Part shown: in pieces, positions 53,717 to 64,000 of the stretch
How the letters are laid out: each line of letters starts with the position of its first letter
How positions within the stretch are numbered: position 1 is the first letter of the stretch
Assembly (NCBI GenBank): GCA_011109175.1
Contig: RDEW01000008.1
Location: 264,588 to 328,587, forward strand
DNA: 64,000 bases
Direction of reading: 5' to 3'
DNA from: Dicyema japonicum
Lineage: Eukaryota > Animalia > Dicyemida
Notes under the pieces: generated by a model
Told to the model about the DNA's origin: nothing
What the model saw: only the letters and a program-made list of their open reading frames with translations
The model's database searches: none
Translations under genes and position numbers: made by a program

Positions 53717-54319
53717 AGTACTTTTATTTTATGCTTTCACAAAATGATTTATTTTCTCAAATATTAATATTCACTTATCAGGTCAACAATTTGTATAATA
53801 TTATCATTATTGACATCCTCACGATCAGTTCCACGAGTTGAATTGAAGCAGTTATACTGCAATAACCTATTAATTCCCATAAAAGATAAGACTTACGTCC
53901 TATAACGTCTATTATATATGCATTACACTGCATACAATAAGCGTTCTATTCTTGAAAAATCGAGGAGAGCAGGGATCAAGATTGCCCTACACAAAAGGCT
54001 CGACGAGAAGATAGATGAAGATGAAAATTTGTAATGTCGATAAAAAAAAGGATGGAAAACCTAATAAAAAGAGATGTCATTATTGACTCGTATGTTGCAG
54101 CAAAGAATAAACCATAAGAGGGGTCCAAGCGTTTGCAGGACTTGCGCATGAAGCCAACTAATTCCCTTTTTAATTTTCCTTGCTAATAAAGTTGTTAAAG
54201 TTAACTTTGTAAAGACCATAGTCAAAAAGTTGACTGTAACTCTCTACTTGGAAAAAATTGGTTCTGTAAAGCTGGGTTGAGGTGGTGACGACGCCTCTAT
54301 TGCACTATGTCTTATTCGT

Positions 54320-54620
54320 ATTCCTTACCGACTTCTCCGTTCACTCTGGGATCTCTTAATTGCAGAGGACTTGATCAACCTTACAAGAAACACAACTGGC
54401 ATGCGATTTAACAAAATACGACGTCTCTATCTGCTGTCTACAAGAGACATAAACGACCGTACAATTTACAAAACTGTTTAGAAAATTCCACCTTTTTACT
54501 TTCTCATCGGCCTGCCGACATTATGGTCTCGGATTTGCAGTCCGTCAGGACCTGATTCACTGTGCTACAATAGTGTGGGCAGCATCTAACATTATAATGG
54601 AAATGGCAAACGACCTAGAC
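54320..54620 (+). mobile_element. RTE-type APE endonuclease N-terminal fragment
   Basis: FTLGSLNCRGL..LACDLTKYDVSICCLQET..RHYGLGFAV (frameshifted). Confidence 0.7.
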
Positions 54621-54779
54621 TACCTAAGAGAACTAGCGTGCAAAAGAGGATCATGGTGGGGGCTGACGGAGAGGATAATTAGGAATACGGCACAAGGGAA
54701 ACTTAACTAATTTTATGTTTTTTCGGGAGTGCTTTTTAATAATAATTAATAATAAAGCTGCGACGTGGAATTCTGTAGT

Positions 54780-55400
54780 AGATTCATTATCCCTTCGATT
54801 GTTTGTCATGGTCATGGAACCCTTGAACAGGATCCTTAACTCTATGTTTCCAAGACTCCAAAATAATCACGAGGATCCTAATACTCTGGCTCATTCTACC
54901 AATCAGTTGTTTTTTATTGACGATCTAAAGATATTTGGGATAAAAGAAGATACTGTTATTAAAATGATGGAAGTTGTTCGTGAGTTCTTTCATGTTGCTG
55001 GCTTGGAGATGAATTCGAAAAGTCAGATTCTAATGTTAAATCGTTACCATGCTGTGAGACTCTGGAGTGAGTCAATGGATGCCGATATTTGGGTGTTTTT
55101 GAAGATGAGGGAAGTAATGTTGTCAAAAATATAGTTAATACTATATGAACTGTCTGTTGAAGGAGAAACGAGAACTTGCATCCAGTCAGTTGTATTGAGA
55201 GGACTCTAGAAAGTATGCTGATTGAACACAAACACGGAATGAAGGTTTATGATAAAGAGTAAACCTCTGATACCTCTTAACTTGTGGAACTGTCATACTT
55301 CTTTGACCATTTACCTCTCATTAAGTACGCACTATGGGTTTTCCCATCACAGTATATTGATTTGACATTAATTTTGTCCATTAGAGCTAATCTACCAACC
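54780..55400 (+). mobile_element. R4/NeSL-like reverse transcriptase fragment
   Basis: SLSLRLFVMVMEPLNRILN...NQLFFIDDLKIF...GLEMN. Confidence 0.75.
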
Positions 55401-55699
55401 AGGCATCTATGACATTTTTATACACTATCCCAAAGAATCAATCGAGTTTCGAGATGACTCCCAGCCCGTTATATAGAGCGGTTTAAGATGCTCAACCACA
55501 GCGGTTTCGATCTCTCCATTATCGGTCTGATATCACTTAATTGGATGAGACTTTTTTCTCATTGAACCCAGTAGTTATGTGACAGCAATTAGATATTGCT
55601 TCTGAATCGTCTTAGACTTTTTTTAAAAATTTAAAAATTTGTATTTTTGAGTTTTGTCTGAAAGAATAGTTATTATATTTTTGTTTGAGACCATTAAAG

Positions 55700-55757
55700 T
55701 ATTACTCCTAACCGCAAATTTTGGGAATTCAAAAAATACTGGCGGTTAAGAGTAATA
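55700..55757. repeat. 58-bp hairpin/mini inverted-repeat unit, within a 134-bp tandem duplication (second copy from 55834)
   Basis: TATTACTCCTAACCGC ... GCGGTTAAGAGTAATA, 15/16 complementary. Confidence 0.75.
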
Positions 55758-56049
55758 AATGAAAATTTATATTTGATAAACTAATTATCGTGTTGTTAAC
55801 ACCATTTCCTTTCTTCAACGCTTTTGAAATTTGTATTACTCCTAACCGCAAATTTTGGGAATTCAAAAAATACTGGCGGTTAAGAGTAATAAATGAAAAT
55901 TTATATTTGATAAACTAATTATCGTGTTGTTAACACCATTTCCTTTCTTCAACGCTTTTGAAGTTTGATTTGACCTTCCATTTAAATAAAACAAATTGTT
56001 AAAATAATAAAATGGTTAAAGAGCATTATAAGTTAATATAAGCGCTACA

Positions 56050-56146
56050 CGAAAAGGAGACCCTCGTGAGCGCTGCTGGTTATTTGAGCGAATCTCGCTA
56101 TCCTGAGAGGGAATAGCCACGCAGTCAGGGCAGTTTCTATATAACC
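56050..56146 (+). mobile_element. Short CRE-type 3'-end copy
   Basis: GDPRERCWLFERIS..ILRGNSHAV. Confidence 0.7.
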
Positions 56147-56268
56147 AATACTCTATTTTCTTCAAAAAATTATAAGTGAATAAATTTTAAACTCATTTAT
56201 GCAGCATGACACGTTAATTGTGACAGCTGACGACAGGTTGTATTTATATGCAAGTATTTTATATCCAT

Positions 56269-56475
56269 ATGATGACATATTTTATAATATTTATTGTGCT
56301 TTTGGGGTTTTCTACTTCTAATTATGGTTTTTATAAACTTATGATTATAGCTGAGGATTGCAAAAATACATCATGTTATGACGATGTATTAGAAAATAAT
56401 GATAATGAATGTGAACTTGAACACGTTTGGGAAAATTGTTGCAACAAATACGTAATGAAAGCTCTATGTCTCTGA
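56269..56475 (+). CDS. Small secreted acidic six-cysteine peptide, about 60 aa, unknown family
   Basis: Exons 56269-56326 and 56351-56475; 24-nt phase-1 intron right after the signal peptide. MMTYFIIFIVLLGFSTSNYA-EDCKNTSCYDDVLENNDNECELEHVWENCCNKYVMKALCL*. Alternative start at 56248. Confidence 0.6.
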   Translation: MMTYFIIFIVLLGFSTSNYGFYKLMIIAEDCKNTSCYDDVLENNDNECELEHVWENCCNKYVMKALCL

Positions 56476-56559
56476 TTCAGATTACATTCTACTAAACCAC
56501 ACTAATAATATTAGATTTAACTTTTTAACAATTTAGTATTTCTAATTCCCAACTGTTCT

Positions 56560-57340
56560 AGTCTTTTAAGCTCTGGTAGTTATTGCATCCACGGATAAAA
56601 ACATTCTATTGGCCTCTTTTAATGTCCAAAGACATTTGACTTTGTTTTCTGACCGTTGATAATGTCCACATTATACACGAGAAAGTTCCACTCTGACAAC
56701 CCTCGGAAGAAACAGTTCTAAAGCCCTAATTTCAGGTGGTATGCGTTCCAGTATCTTGTTCTCTTCTAGGGTTCGTATTCCCACGTGTGGATACAAAGTC
56801 ATGTATAAATTTTGTCCAGGTTGGGTCTTTTGTCGGAGGTGGAATTTTCTTTAATGTTCTTGAAAATCAGTGAATGTTCTCACCCCCCGTTACAGCTCTC
56901 AATGCTGAGTTTTGGTCCTGCTGTAACTTTTGTAGGAGGGAGACCGTTATGTAATCAGGACATATTGGAATACATGTTTGACCCAGTCTTCCGGAAAAAA
57001 AGTTTGTGAGTATTGACTGCCATATTTGAGGGATATTTGATGATTTGTTTGAGAGAACAACACGATAAATGCTATCAAACGCAGGTCGATTGAGACCAAT
57101 TCTTTATGGGGGTTAGAATTATTAAAACCGTCGACAATAAACTGTAATAGATGGGAGTTGTTGGGTGAAGGGGACGAAAGTAATGTTGAGTAGGAGGAAT
57201 ACTTTTTATTGAGTACATGGATAATAATTGATTTTTCATAATTATTGATGTGTGGAGTAATGGGTCATCAATTCGTTTGCCAGCACATCCATCTATAATT
57301 TTAATACAGTAAATCCTCATCAATCCGAACAAAGATTTGG
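56560..57340 (-). mobile_element. Decayed jockey/I-group LINE (RT to C-terminus, internally deleted)
   Basis: QHYFRPLHPTT, DGFN..PHK..SIDL, IPPEI..LE.FLPR..R..LS. Confidence 0.55.
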
Positions 57341-57479
57341 ATACCTTTCGGATTGTGAAGGAAATAAATATTTATTTTTTCATATGTAATAATCTCTCCA
57401 TTTTCAGCACCAATAATTTCCTCGTCGACATTATAATCTTCACAAAAAAGATTTCGTTCTCGAGCGTTTCTGTTTGAGT

Positions 57480-58620
57480 TATTTTTTCTTCTTTAACAAG
57501 TTCTTTCAGTTCTTTTGGCACTCATTCAAAACAAGATCTTGCATGATATCCTCATTAGAAAATTATTCAAGACATTTAATTGCCCATATCCTTTTGAAAC
57601 AATTTTTATTGTTTCCTCTTTACTTCATTTGGTGGCCTTCCGTAAATTCACAAAAATTCTTTTTCCAAATCAATGACTTGCATATAATCTAAAATAAGCA
57701 TTTTTCATAATAATGCTTAAAGTCCTTGATTATCTCTGAATTCATTGGTTGAAGATGAGCAGTTGTGTTTTTTTGGAAGGAATAAAATTTTAATTTTCAA
57801 AAATTGGTTAGAAAGTGGCTTGGAGCATCAAAGAACTTAATATTTTATTTCATCGCTGAGATGACTGATGAAAATAATAAAAAGTTCTTTTGTCATCCAA
57901 AACCTTTTATTAGCATAGTAAAAATTTTCAAAATATTTAAAACATCTTGGTCATTTACTTTCCAAATAACAAAAGGTTTAATTTTTATTGTTCCAGTTAT
58001 ATTAGTGATTCTCACATTTGATTGACTATTCTTTTTTATATGGTTATAGAAGGGAAAGATTAAAAAAATTCTAGTTTCATCCAAGTTTAGCAATACGTCA
58101 GGGTCAACTTTTTATTTATTTATTATTTATTTAAGCACTTCACGAGAGCCATATTAATTATAGCCCCGCATGTGCAGCAAAAGAAACAAGGTTAGATGTC
58201 ATCCTTTTCCATGCTCCCCTGTTCATAACCAAGGCTCTCATGCTGTCCAGGTCGTCGGCATTTATTAGATTTTTTTATCTTGACCAGGTCTTTTTGTAAG
58301 ACTATTGGCAGTACGTCAGGGTCAACTTATTTTAACTTAGTCATATTTTTCTATTCAAATTAATTTCATCTTGTGTTAAGCTTCTTGGCTCCTCCATGAA
58401 TAACGTTTAATTAAAATTAAATCTTTCTTTGAATCTGTGTAACCTTTACTAAATTCCAGATCATTGATTCAACCTTTTCACCAAATACCTTAGCTTTTGA
58501 AATGATGATATCTTAACACCATTGATTGCATCCATCCTGTAAGTCCATTCAACAAGCGAATTATCAAGTTCACAGTTTTTCACTGTTTTTAAGAATTTGA
58601 GTTTCGAAATTCCAAATAAA
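57480..58620 (-). mobile_element. pogo/Tigger (CENP-B-like DDE) transposase remnant, interrupted by an RTE insertion
   Basis: LDNSLVEW (HTH), NLDETR, KIKPFVI, ILFLPKNTTAHLQPMNSEIIKDFKHYY. Confidence 0.75.
58111..58311 (-). mobile_element. 5'-truncated RTE insertion with (TAAA)n tail and 17-bp TSD
   Basis: TSD TACGTCAGGGTCAACTT at 58094-58110 and 58312-58328. LPIVLQKDL..DDLDSMRAL..RGAWK tail peptide. Confidence 0.85.
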
Positions 58621-58739
58621 GGTTAATTTTTATTTCACAGATATGGGATAATTCTTTTCTCGGAGAATTAGGAATAAATTATTATAGTCATTCTTGAAAT
58701 CTTTTTTTTCCGTACAATAGAAATTTCTGTCCTTTTTCT

Positions 58740-58960
58740 AACCATGTGGCACTATAAGACTTTAAATTTAAAATAGGCCTGGAGCTTCCTATCTACCCCC
58801 AACTGCTTCAGATAACCCTTGTAGTACTTTGTTGCAATTCCTTCCCACGTCATTACTATTGGAATAACGAGGACCTTGCAACCAAACATTTTCCCAATCT
58901 CAAGTCATACTTCCTTTTTTCTCAGCCTCCACAATATTAATAAGGCTACTAAGAGAAGCT
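58740..58960 (-). mobile_element. R4/NeSL-like C-terminal remnant
   Basis: EAEKKRKYDL..VIPIVMTWEGIATKYYKGYLKQLG. Confidence 0.7.
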
Positions 58961-59049
58961 GAGTCACCTAGTGGTCATGTGTCCTCCCTAACTTAGCGAT
59001 GATTTTTTGGGTTTAAAAATGGAATCTGCAATAAAGTCTTCGTTCCACC

Positions 59050-59280
59050 TTAGCCTACTCTAAAGTAGACTTTACCCTCATTCAGGAATCGAAACTCCAA
59101 CATCTTTCACCACTTTATTCAGGCTATTATTTACTTTGCAAGGATCGGACAAGAAGTCTCGATGGAGGACTATTAACAATCGTCAAGGAAAAACTCATAT
59201 GATAATCCCATTCTCTAGACATGTCACTGTTCATCATCTTTGAAAGAGCATATTTCAGTTAACTTGACATTTTCTTAGGG
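59050..59280 (-). mobile_element. Possible Gypsy integrase C-terminal remnant
   Basis: LKYALSKMM...EWDYHMSF...NSP resembles LK..L.K...WD..L...N..P. Confidence 0.35.
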
Positions 59281-59629
59281 ATGTAATGGATTACTCAGGG
59301 ATAATTGTCAGTCGGTTCTTGTTCAGCCATACAATTAAACAGTTTAAGTTATGTTGCATGGACGCTCCTAGAGATCAGAATTTGGCTTTGTGTAAAACTC
59401 GGTTGGCAGACCCGAACAAAAGAAGAGGTGACCCGTATTTTGGTTATCAAGAAAACATGATGAAAATAGTGGAGAGGACAATTGTCTAATTGTGCACAGT
59501 TTTCAATGTAAATCCATTTGGTAATCACAACGTAAGCGCGCCAAGTGAATTTATGTGTAAAAGTTAGTCTTAATTTTTTTTCAAAGAGAATTTATTTCTA
59601 AAATTATAAATAACTAGGACGACAAAATG

Positions 59630-59875
59630 GCGAAAGTGTTTCTTCTGATAATCGCCATTTCGAGTCTCTGCATCAACCACACCTTTTTGAGGCGAGTTTG
59701 CTTCCAATACTGGAGAGAAAAGCGTTTGTCTTCGCTCCCACGGTTCCAGTTATCTCCACAGTCTTAATTAGAAATAAACTTTTTGAGGCGAGCTTGCTTC
59801 CAATACTGGAGAGAAAAGCGTCTGTCTTCGCTCCCACGGTTCCAGTTATCTCCACAGTCTTAATTAGAAATAAAA
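59630..59875 (-). mobile_element. CRE-like endonuclease 3' remnant with a 96-bp tandem duplication
   Basis: VEITGTVGAKTNAFLSSIGSKLA. Confidence 0.6.
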
Positions 59876-60830
59876 ATAAACTAACAGACTTTACATGAGA
59901 TTCATAATATTTATAGCATTTTATAGTAATTATACATGAGATTCATAATATTTATAGCATAGGACACACTTTATTATATTAATTATCATTACCCCAGGCT
60001 TACAATCTTTGGTAAGCCCAGCACAGTCACAACTAATTAAAGAAAGGAACCAGGGAGAAATATGTTTGTGCATATCAAATCCAGAGTAAAGTCAAATATA
60101 CTTACTTTTTAATAATAAAACATTTTATTAGGCACAGTTAACAACTATGGTTTCTCTCAGAATTGACAATGCATTCACTTCACAATCTGTAAGGAAATAT
60201 GTTCAATGAGCCATTCTCTTTATACGGTAATTGTCGAAGGGCAAGGAATATTCTTTATTATTTTTTGTTTCCTGTGAGTCCTTGTAGACAATCCGGTTCC
60301 GCAATGGAGTATTCGCTGATGACGGGTTCACTAGTCATAACAAAGATGCGTGGAACCTTAAGCCGTAGATCGTTCTAAGCCGAGGCCACGAGGATTGTCA
60401 GTTAAATGTTAAACTTTGAACTGAATGATTTGGGTTATTAGGTCATTAATATTGAAATGAACCGTTAATCTTAATTTACAAAAACAACTATTTAAATATA
60501 CACAACTGCAGTTTGTATCCGAACATAATGATTAAAATACAATTGTTCAGACTAATTAAAAATCAATATATAAAAGTACATTTGATATAAATGATAAAAT
60601 AATAATTTTGTGAGACGGTTTATCAGGTATTCAATTTATTAGCATCAAAGTTAATAAAATATTTAAAATTCCTTATGAAATGGAGTGTTTATGATGAATC
60701 AAAATATTAATATCCGAAAGTAGAGTGGTATCGTGAGAATGTCTCTGTTGGAGACATGACCTATGTATTGTCAATAGGTCTAATGATCAGACAAATATAA
60801 TCAATTAAACCTAACCTTAATAGAACACAT

Positions 60831-61980
60831 TTACTCGTTAAAATCATTATTAATTAAATTTAAAGAAGATTCTTTATGGTACAGCTGAGGAAGATCTGAG
60901 GTAATAGAGTCATTGAAAGATGGCTGATCCTGAAAAGAATCTTCATTCCATTTGTCGATACTCCGTCTTCTAGCATTCATGAAAAAATTAGCCACTGTTG
61001 CTACTTCAAGACTCAATTTGGTAGCCAAGGCAGTCTGCATTTCCTTTGAGGGTCTTCGACAGTCTTTAAAAACATCATTTAGAGTTTGCCTTTGGTAATC
61101 TGTAAAGACTAATCTGGGTTTCTTTTTAGAGCATATTGATTTGATTTGCTGCAGTGATTCGCAGTCCTTTCGTTGCATTGCTAAAAATATATCAATTATA
61201 GTGGAAGCATATTGATGCACTAATTACAAACTGAATCAATAAATCAATTCAGTCTCAATCAATAAATACTACTATCAACATACCTGCTTCTCTCAATACA
61301 TTCACTCTTTCACTCTCTGGAGTCATCATCCACCTTTTCATTCGACGAAACGTCTCTCGCCCTGACTTTAATTTACTCCATGGCTTAGGGTTTCGCAGTA
61401 AATCAGATAATGTCCCTTGACTCCTTTTTAGTATTCGACTTGAGAAAATAGCCTGAGGAATGCTGAATCGCTTCAACTCGGAAACAATCTGGGCTGATAG
61501 TTCTCTAGTGTTAATCTCTTCACCACATCCTCCACCAGAATCTACAGATTCGTGACCAGAGAATGATAAATCGTTATTATAGGAAGAATCCTTTAGAAAA
61601 CCTTTGTAGTCATTTCCACTCATCAAATCAGGTTTTAAGTCATAGTAGTAGTTTGAAATGTGAGGTTGAAAATTGCCGACAATAACTTGACCATAATTAT
61701 TAGAATAATCAAGAACTTGTTGATTGTGAGGCATTTGTCCGTATATTCCAGATAGTTGAGACATTGGTCCGTCATGAAAACTTCCAAAATGGATTGGATA
61801 ACCATTGTAACTATTTATGAGAGGAAAACGATTGTTTGAGAGGTCCATAGACGAGTGACGTTTTGTTTCTGCGAATTCAAGGTACTGCTGTTGAGAGGAC
61901 GGAAGATTATTTCTTATATTCTCCTGTCTGCTATCGGCTCCATCAGCTGTACAGAATTCAGAAGAGCCATCTTGTAACAT
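60831..61980 (-). CDS. onecut: ONECUT (HNF6-type) homeobox transcription factor, 348 or 361 aa, 2 exons
   Basis: CUT domain EEINTRE..ELKRFSIPQAIF..RSQGTLSDLLRNPKPWSKLKSGRETFRRM. Homeodomain KKPRLVFTDYQR...NFFMNARRR (F48/M50). Exon 1 is 61980-61284. Phase-1 intron with two in-frame acceptors: exon 2 starts at 61180 (103-nt intron) or 61219 (64-nt intron). Confidence 0.97.
61189..61265. promoter_or_regulatory. Cluster of five ATCAAT (ONECUT/HNF6-type) cores in the ONECUT intron
   Basis: ATCAAT at 61191, 61235, 61243 and 61258; ATTGAT at 61211. Regulatory function is inferred only. Confidence 0.4.
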
Positions 61981-63369
61981 TGTATTTGATGATTTTTAAA
62001 AGAACGTAATCCACCGTTTTCAAATAAAAATAGAATCACTCATTTTCATATTTATTATATTCAAATCTTATTTTATTTAAAATAAAAATAATTTATTTTA
62101 TTTCAAAATTGTAACAAATTACAATTATATTCCTACATTAACAAAACGTTAATTTATAGCCAAAAAATGAGACAATTTATTAGAAAAATGTCAAATAAAG
62201 TCTTTCAACTCCTCAGGAACATAAAACTTTTTGCATCGACCATAAAAGATCTCAAATACAACTATAAATCTACATTGTAGTAGTTATCCTTTACAATGTC
62301 CTCAATTTCCTTCTCACTGCTTATGTGCTTCAACTAAATGTCAGTTATTGAGAAGACCCTATGCAAACTGTTTCTTAGAGACCGTTTAATGACGGGATCC
62401 TCCTTTTTCAACTCCCTCTCCTCTTTAAGCTTTAGAAGATGATCAGTGGCTATTTGGGAGCAAACATCAATCAATTCTGATCTTTCAATGCGATTTTTCT
62501 TAAGCTGGATAGTTTTTTGAATTTAGCTACCTTTTCAAATAATGTCTTGCATTCCTCGTGTGGATCAATGTCGCTCATTGACGAGTTAATTGCGTTTACG
62601 AGAATCTCATCATCTTTGCGAGATTTTTTTAAAAAAGTCTAAAAACTTAATAATTACCGTCCGTTTAATCACCTTGAAAAGAGAATAATCATGACAAAGA
62701 TTAATGCGATCATCCATCACAAAAAACTATTAAAAATCCACATGCTGGAAATAATTTTTAAAAATTAATAATTTTATCATTTAATAAATATTCTATTTTA
62801 TGTTTTAATGTATTTTTGCCTGTTTATATGCGATTATCAAACAACAGTGTTCATGACAGTCTTAATTAAAAACAATTAAGTTGTTTAGTCAACTGTCATT
62901 TATGTAATATGTGTTTTGTGCATGGTTGTTAAATGGACTAACACTAAGGAATTACTGTTTTCTGTTGGTTTCTATGCAAATATCGATTCCATCTAGCATT
63001 AAGGAATTATTGTTTAAAATATATTGGTTTAATACAAAATAATGTACGAATCTTTTACTGTTCTGTGTTATAATCTCCAATACTATGACTAATTGGTGTA
63101 TTAGACAGACCAAGTTGATTTAGGTTTTCCATTCGTACATTATTAAATAGTCTACTTATATTTGTCATAGATGATATGAATTAGAGACCATCTGACACAC
63201 TCTAATTTACTAATCAATATGTGATTAACTAAATTCCTGATTCACCCTATTTTGAAGCAAAACAACATGTCCTTTTTCCTATCAAACAATTTCCATCTTC
63301 TATCCGCTTCCACTCGTAATTATTATTAAAAACCAAAAATCATCGATAAATTAATTAACTACATAGCTG

Positions 63370-64000
63370 TTAGGTGATTACGGCCGCCTCGAGTAGCCAT
63401 CTCATTCTTGCTCGGTGTTCTTCCTGGGTTCCAACGCATTTCCGGATTGGGCGGGGGTTTCTAACTTTTTTGGAGGGTAGTAAGGCTCCGGTTTTCCTCA
63501 CTAATTCATCAAAAGGTGTAGGGTTTAGAAGTGTCCAAGAAAACCTTTGCAAAGCTTTACTGGCCATTTTTTGAAAAGTATTGATTTTTTCTATATTCCT
63601 GTTTGATAGGTTGGTTCCCCATGCAGCATACCCGTAGGACGGTTGAATATACTGCACGTAGAGCGAGTCTAAATTTGAGTTGAAACACCCCTTATATTGT
63701 CCAAGGAGTGTTTTAACAAAATTTAGCTTTCGTTGTGCCAAAGAGATGACGTTGTCGATGTGTTTGCTGAAGGTCAAGAGTGGGTCGTAAGTTACGCCCA
63801 GGAATAATGATCCTCCAAATGATCTCTGTGTCCTCGAACTACCAGCTTTCCAAAATAGCTTCCATGCGAGATACTCTACCGTAGTCCACCTACCAAACTA
63901 GTCAATTCATCTCTGACAACCGAATGGTTTCAGATAATAGAATGCGTTTGAAAATCTTCCTGATATCTATCCATTCTAATCTCAAGCTACAGATGATAAA
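63370..64000 (-). mobile_element. Jockey/I-group LINE 3' portion (runs off the window end)
   Basis: FSKHIDNVI..RKLNFVK..LYVQYIQP...RPIRKCVGTQEEHRA. Confidence 0.75.

Noticed and set aside
56351-56475. Insulin-like identity for the acidic peptide (C-x11-C and CC)
   Set aside because: It lacks the A-chain CC-x3-C-x8-C pattern, the B-chain CG motif and dibasic processing sites.

Overview
AT-rich animal genomic DNA from a draft assembly, with one 328-N gap and many single-N joins flanked by duplicated sequence. Seven intact-looking protein genes can be modelled by hand: PP1 catalytic subunit (+), a very divergent RagC/D GTPase (+), a divergent LST8 (-), an SLC5A5/6/8-type Na+:solute symporter (+), a secreted two-domain ShKT peptide (-), a small acidic six-cysteine secreted peptide (+) and a ONECUT homeobox gene (-). 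Of the 30 modelled GT-AG introns, 29 are only 21-28 nt long. Together with the animal-type genes, this points to a dicyemid mesozoan (cephalopod kidney parasite); the organism call is inference. Intergenic DNA is a graveyard of decayed elements: CRE-like, R4/NeSL-like, RTE and jockey/I-group LINEs, hAT (Buster-type), Merlin, pogo/Tigger and Gypsy remnants. There is also an orphan 28S rRNA fragment interrupted by a hAT element with a perfect 8-bp TSD. Most interesting: the BgK-spaced, highly basic secreted ShKT peptide with a nearby acidic Cys-rich peptide; a natural Gln-to-Leu change at the RagC catalytic position; and a cluster of ONECUT-type motifs in the only long intron, which belongs to the ONECUT gene itself. 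All protein family calls come from motif recognition, not database searches. Remnant boundaries are approximate.
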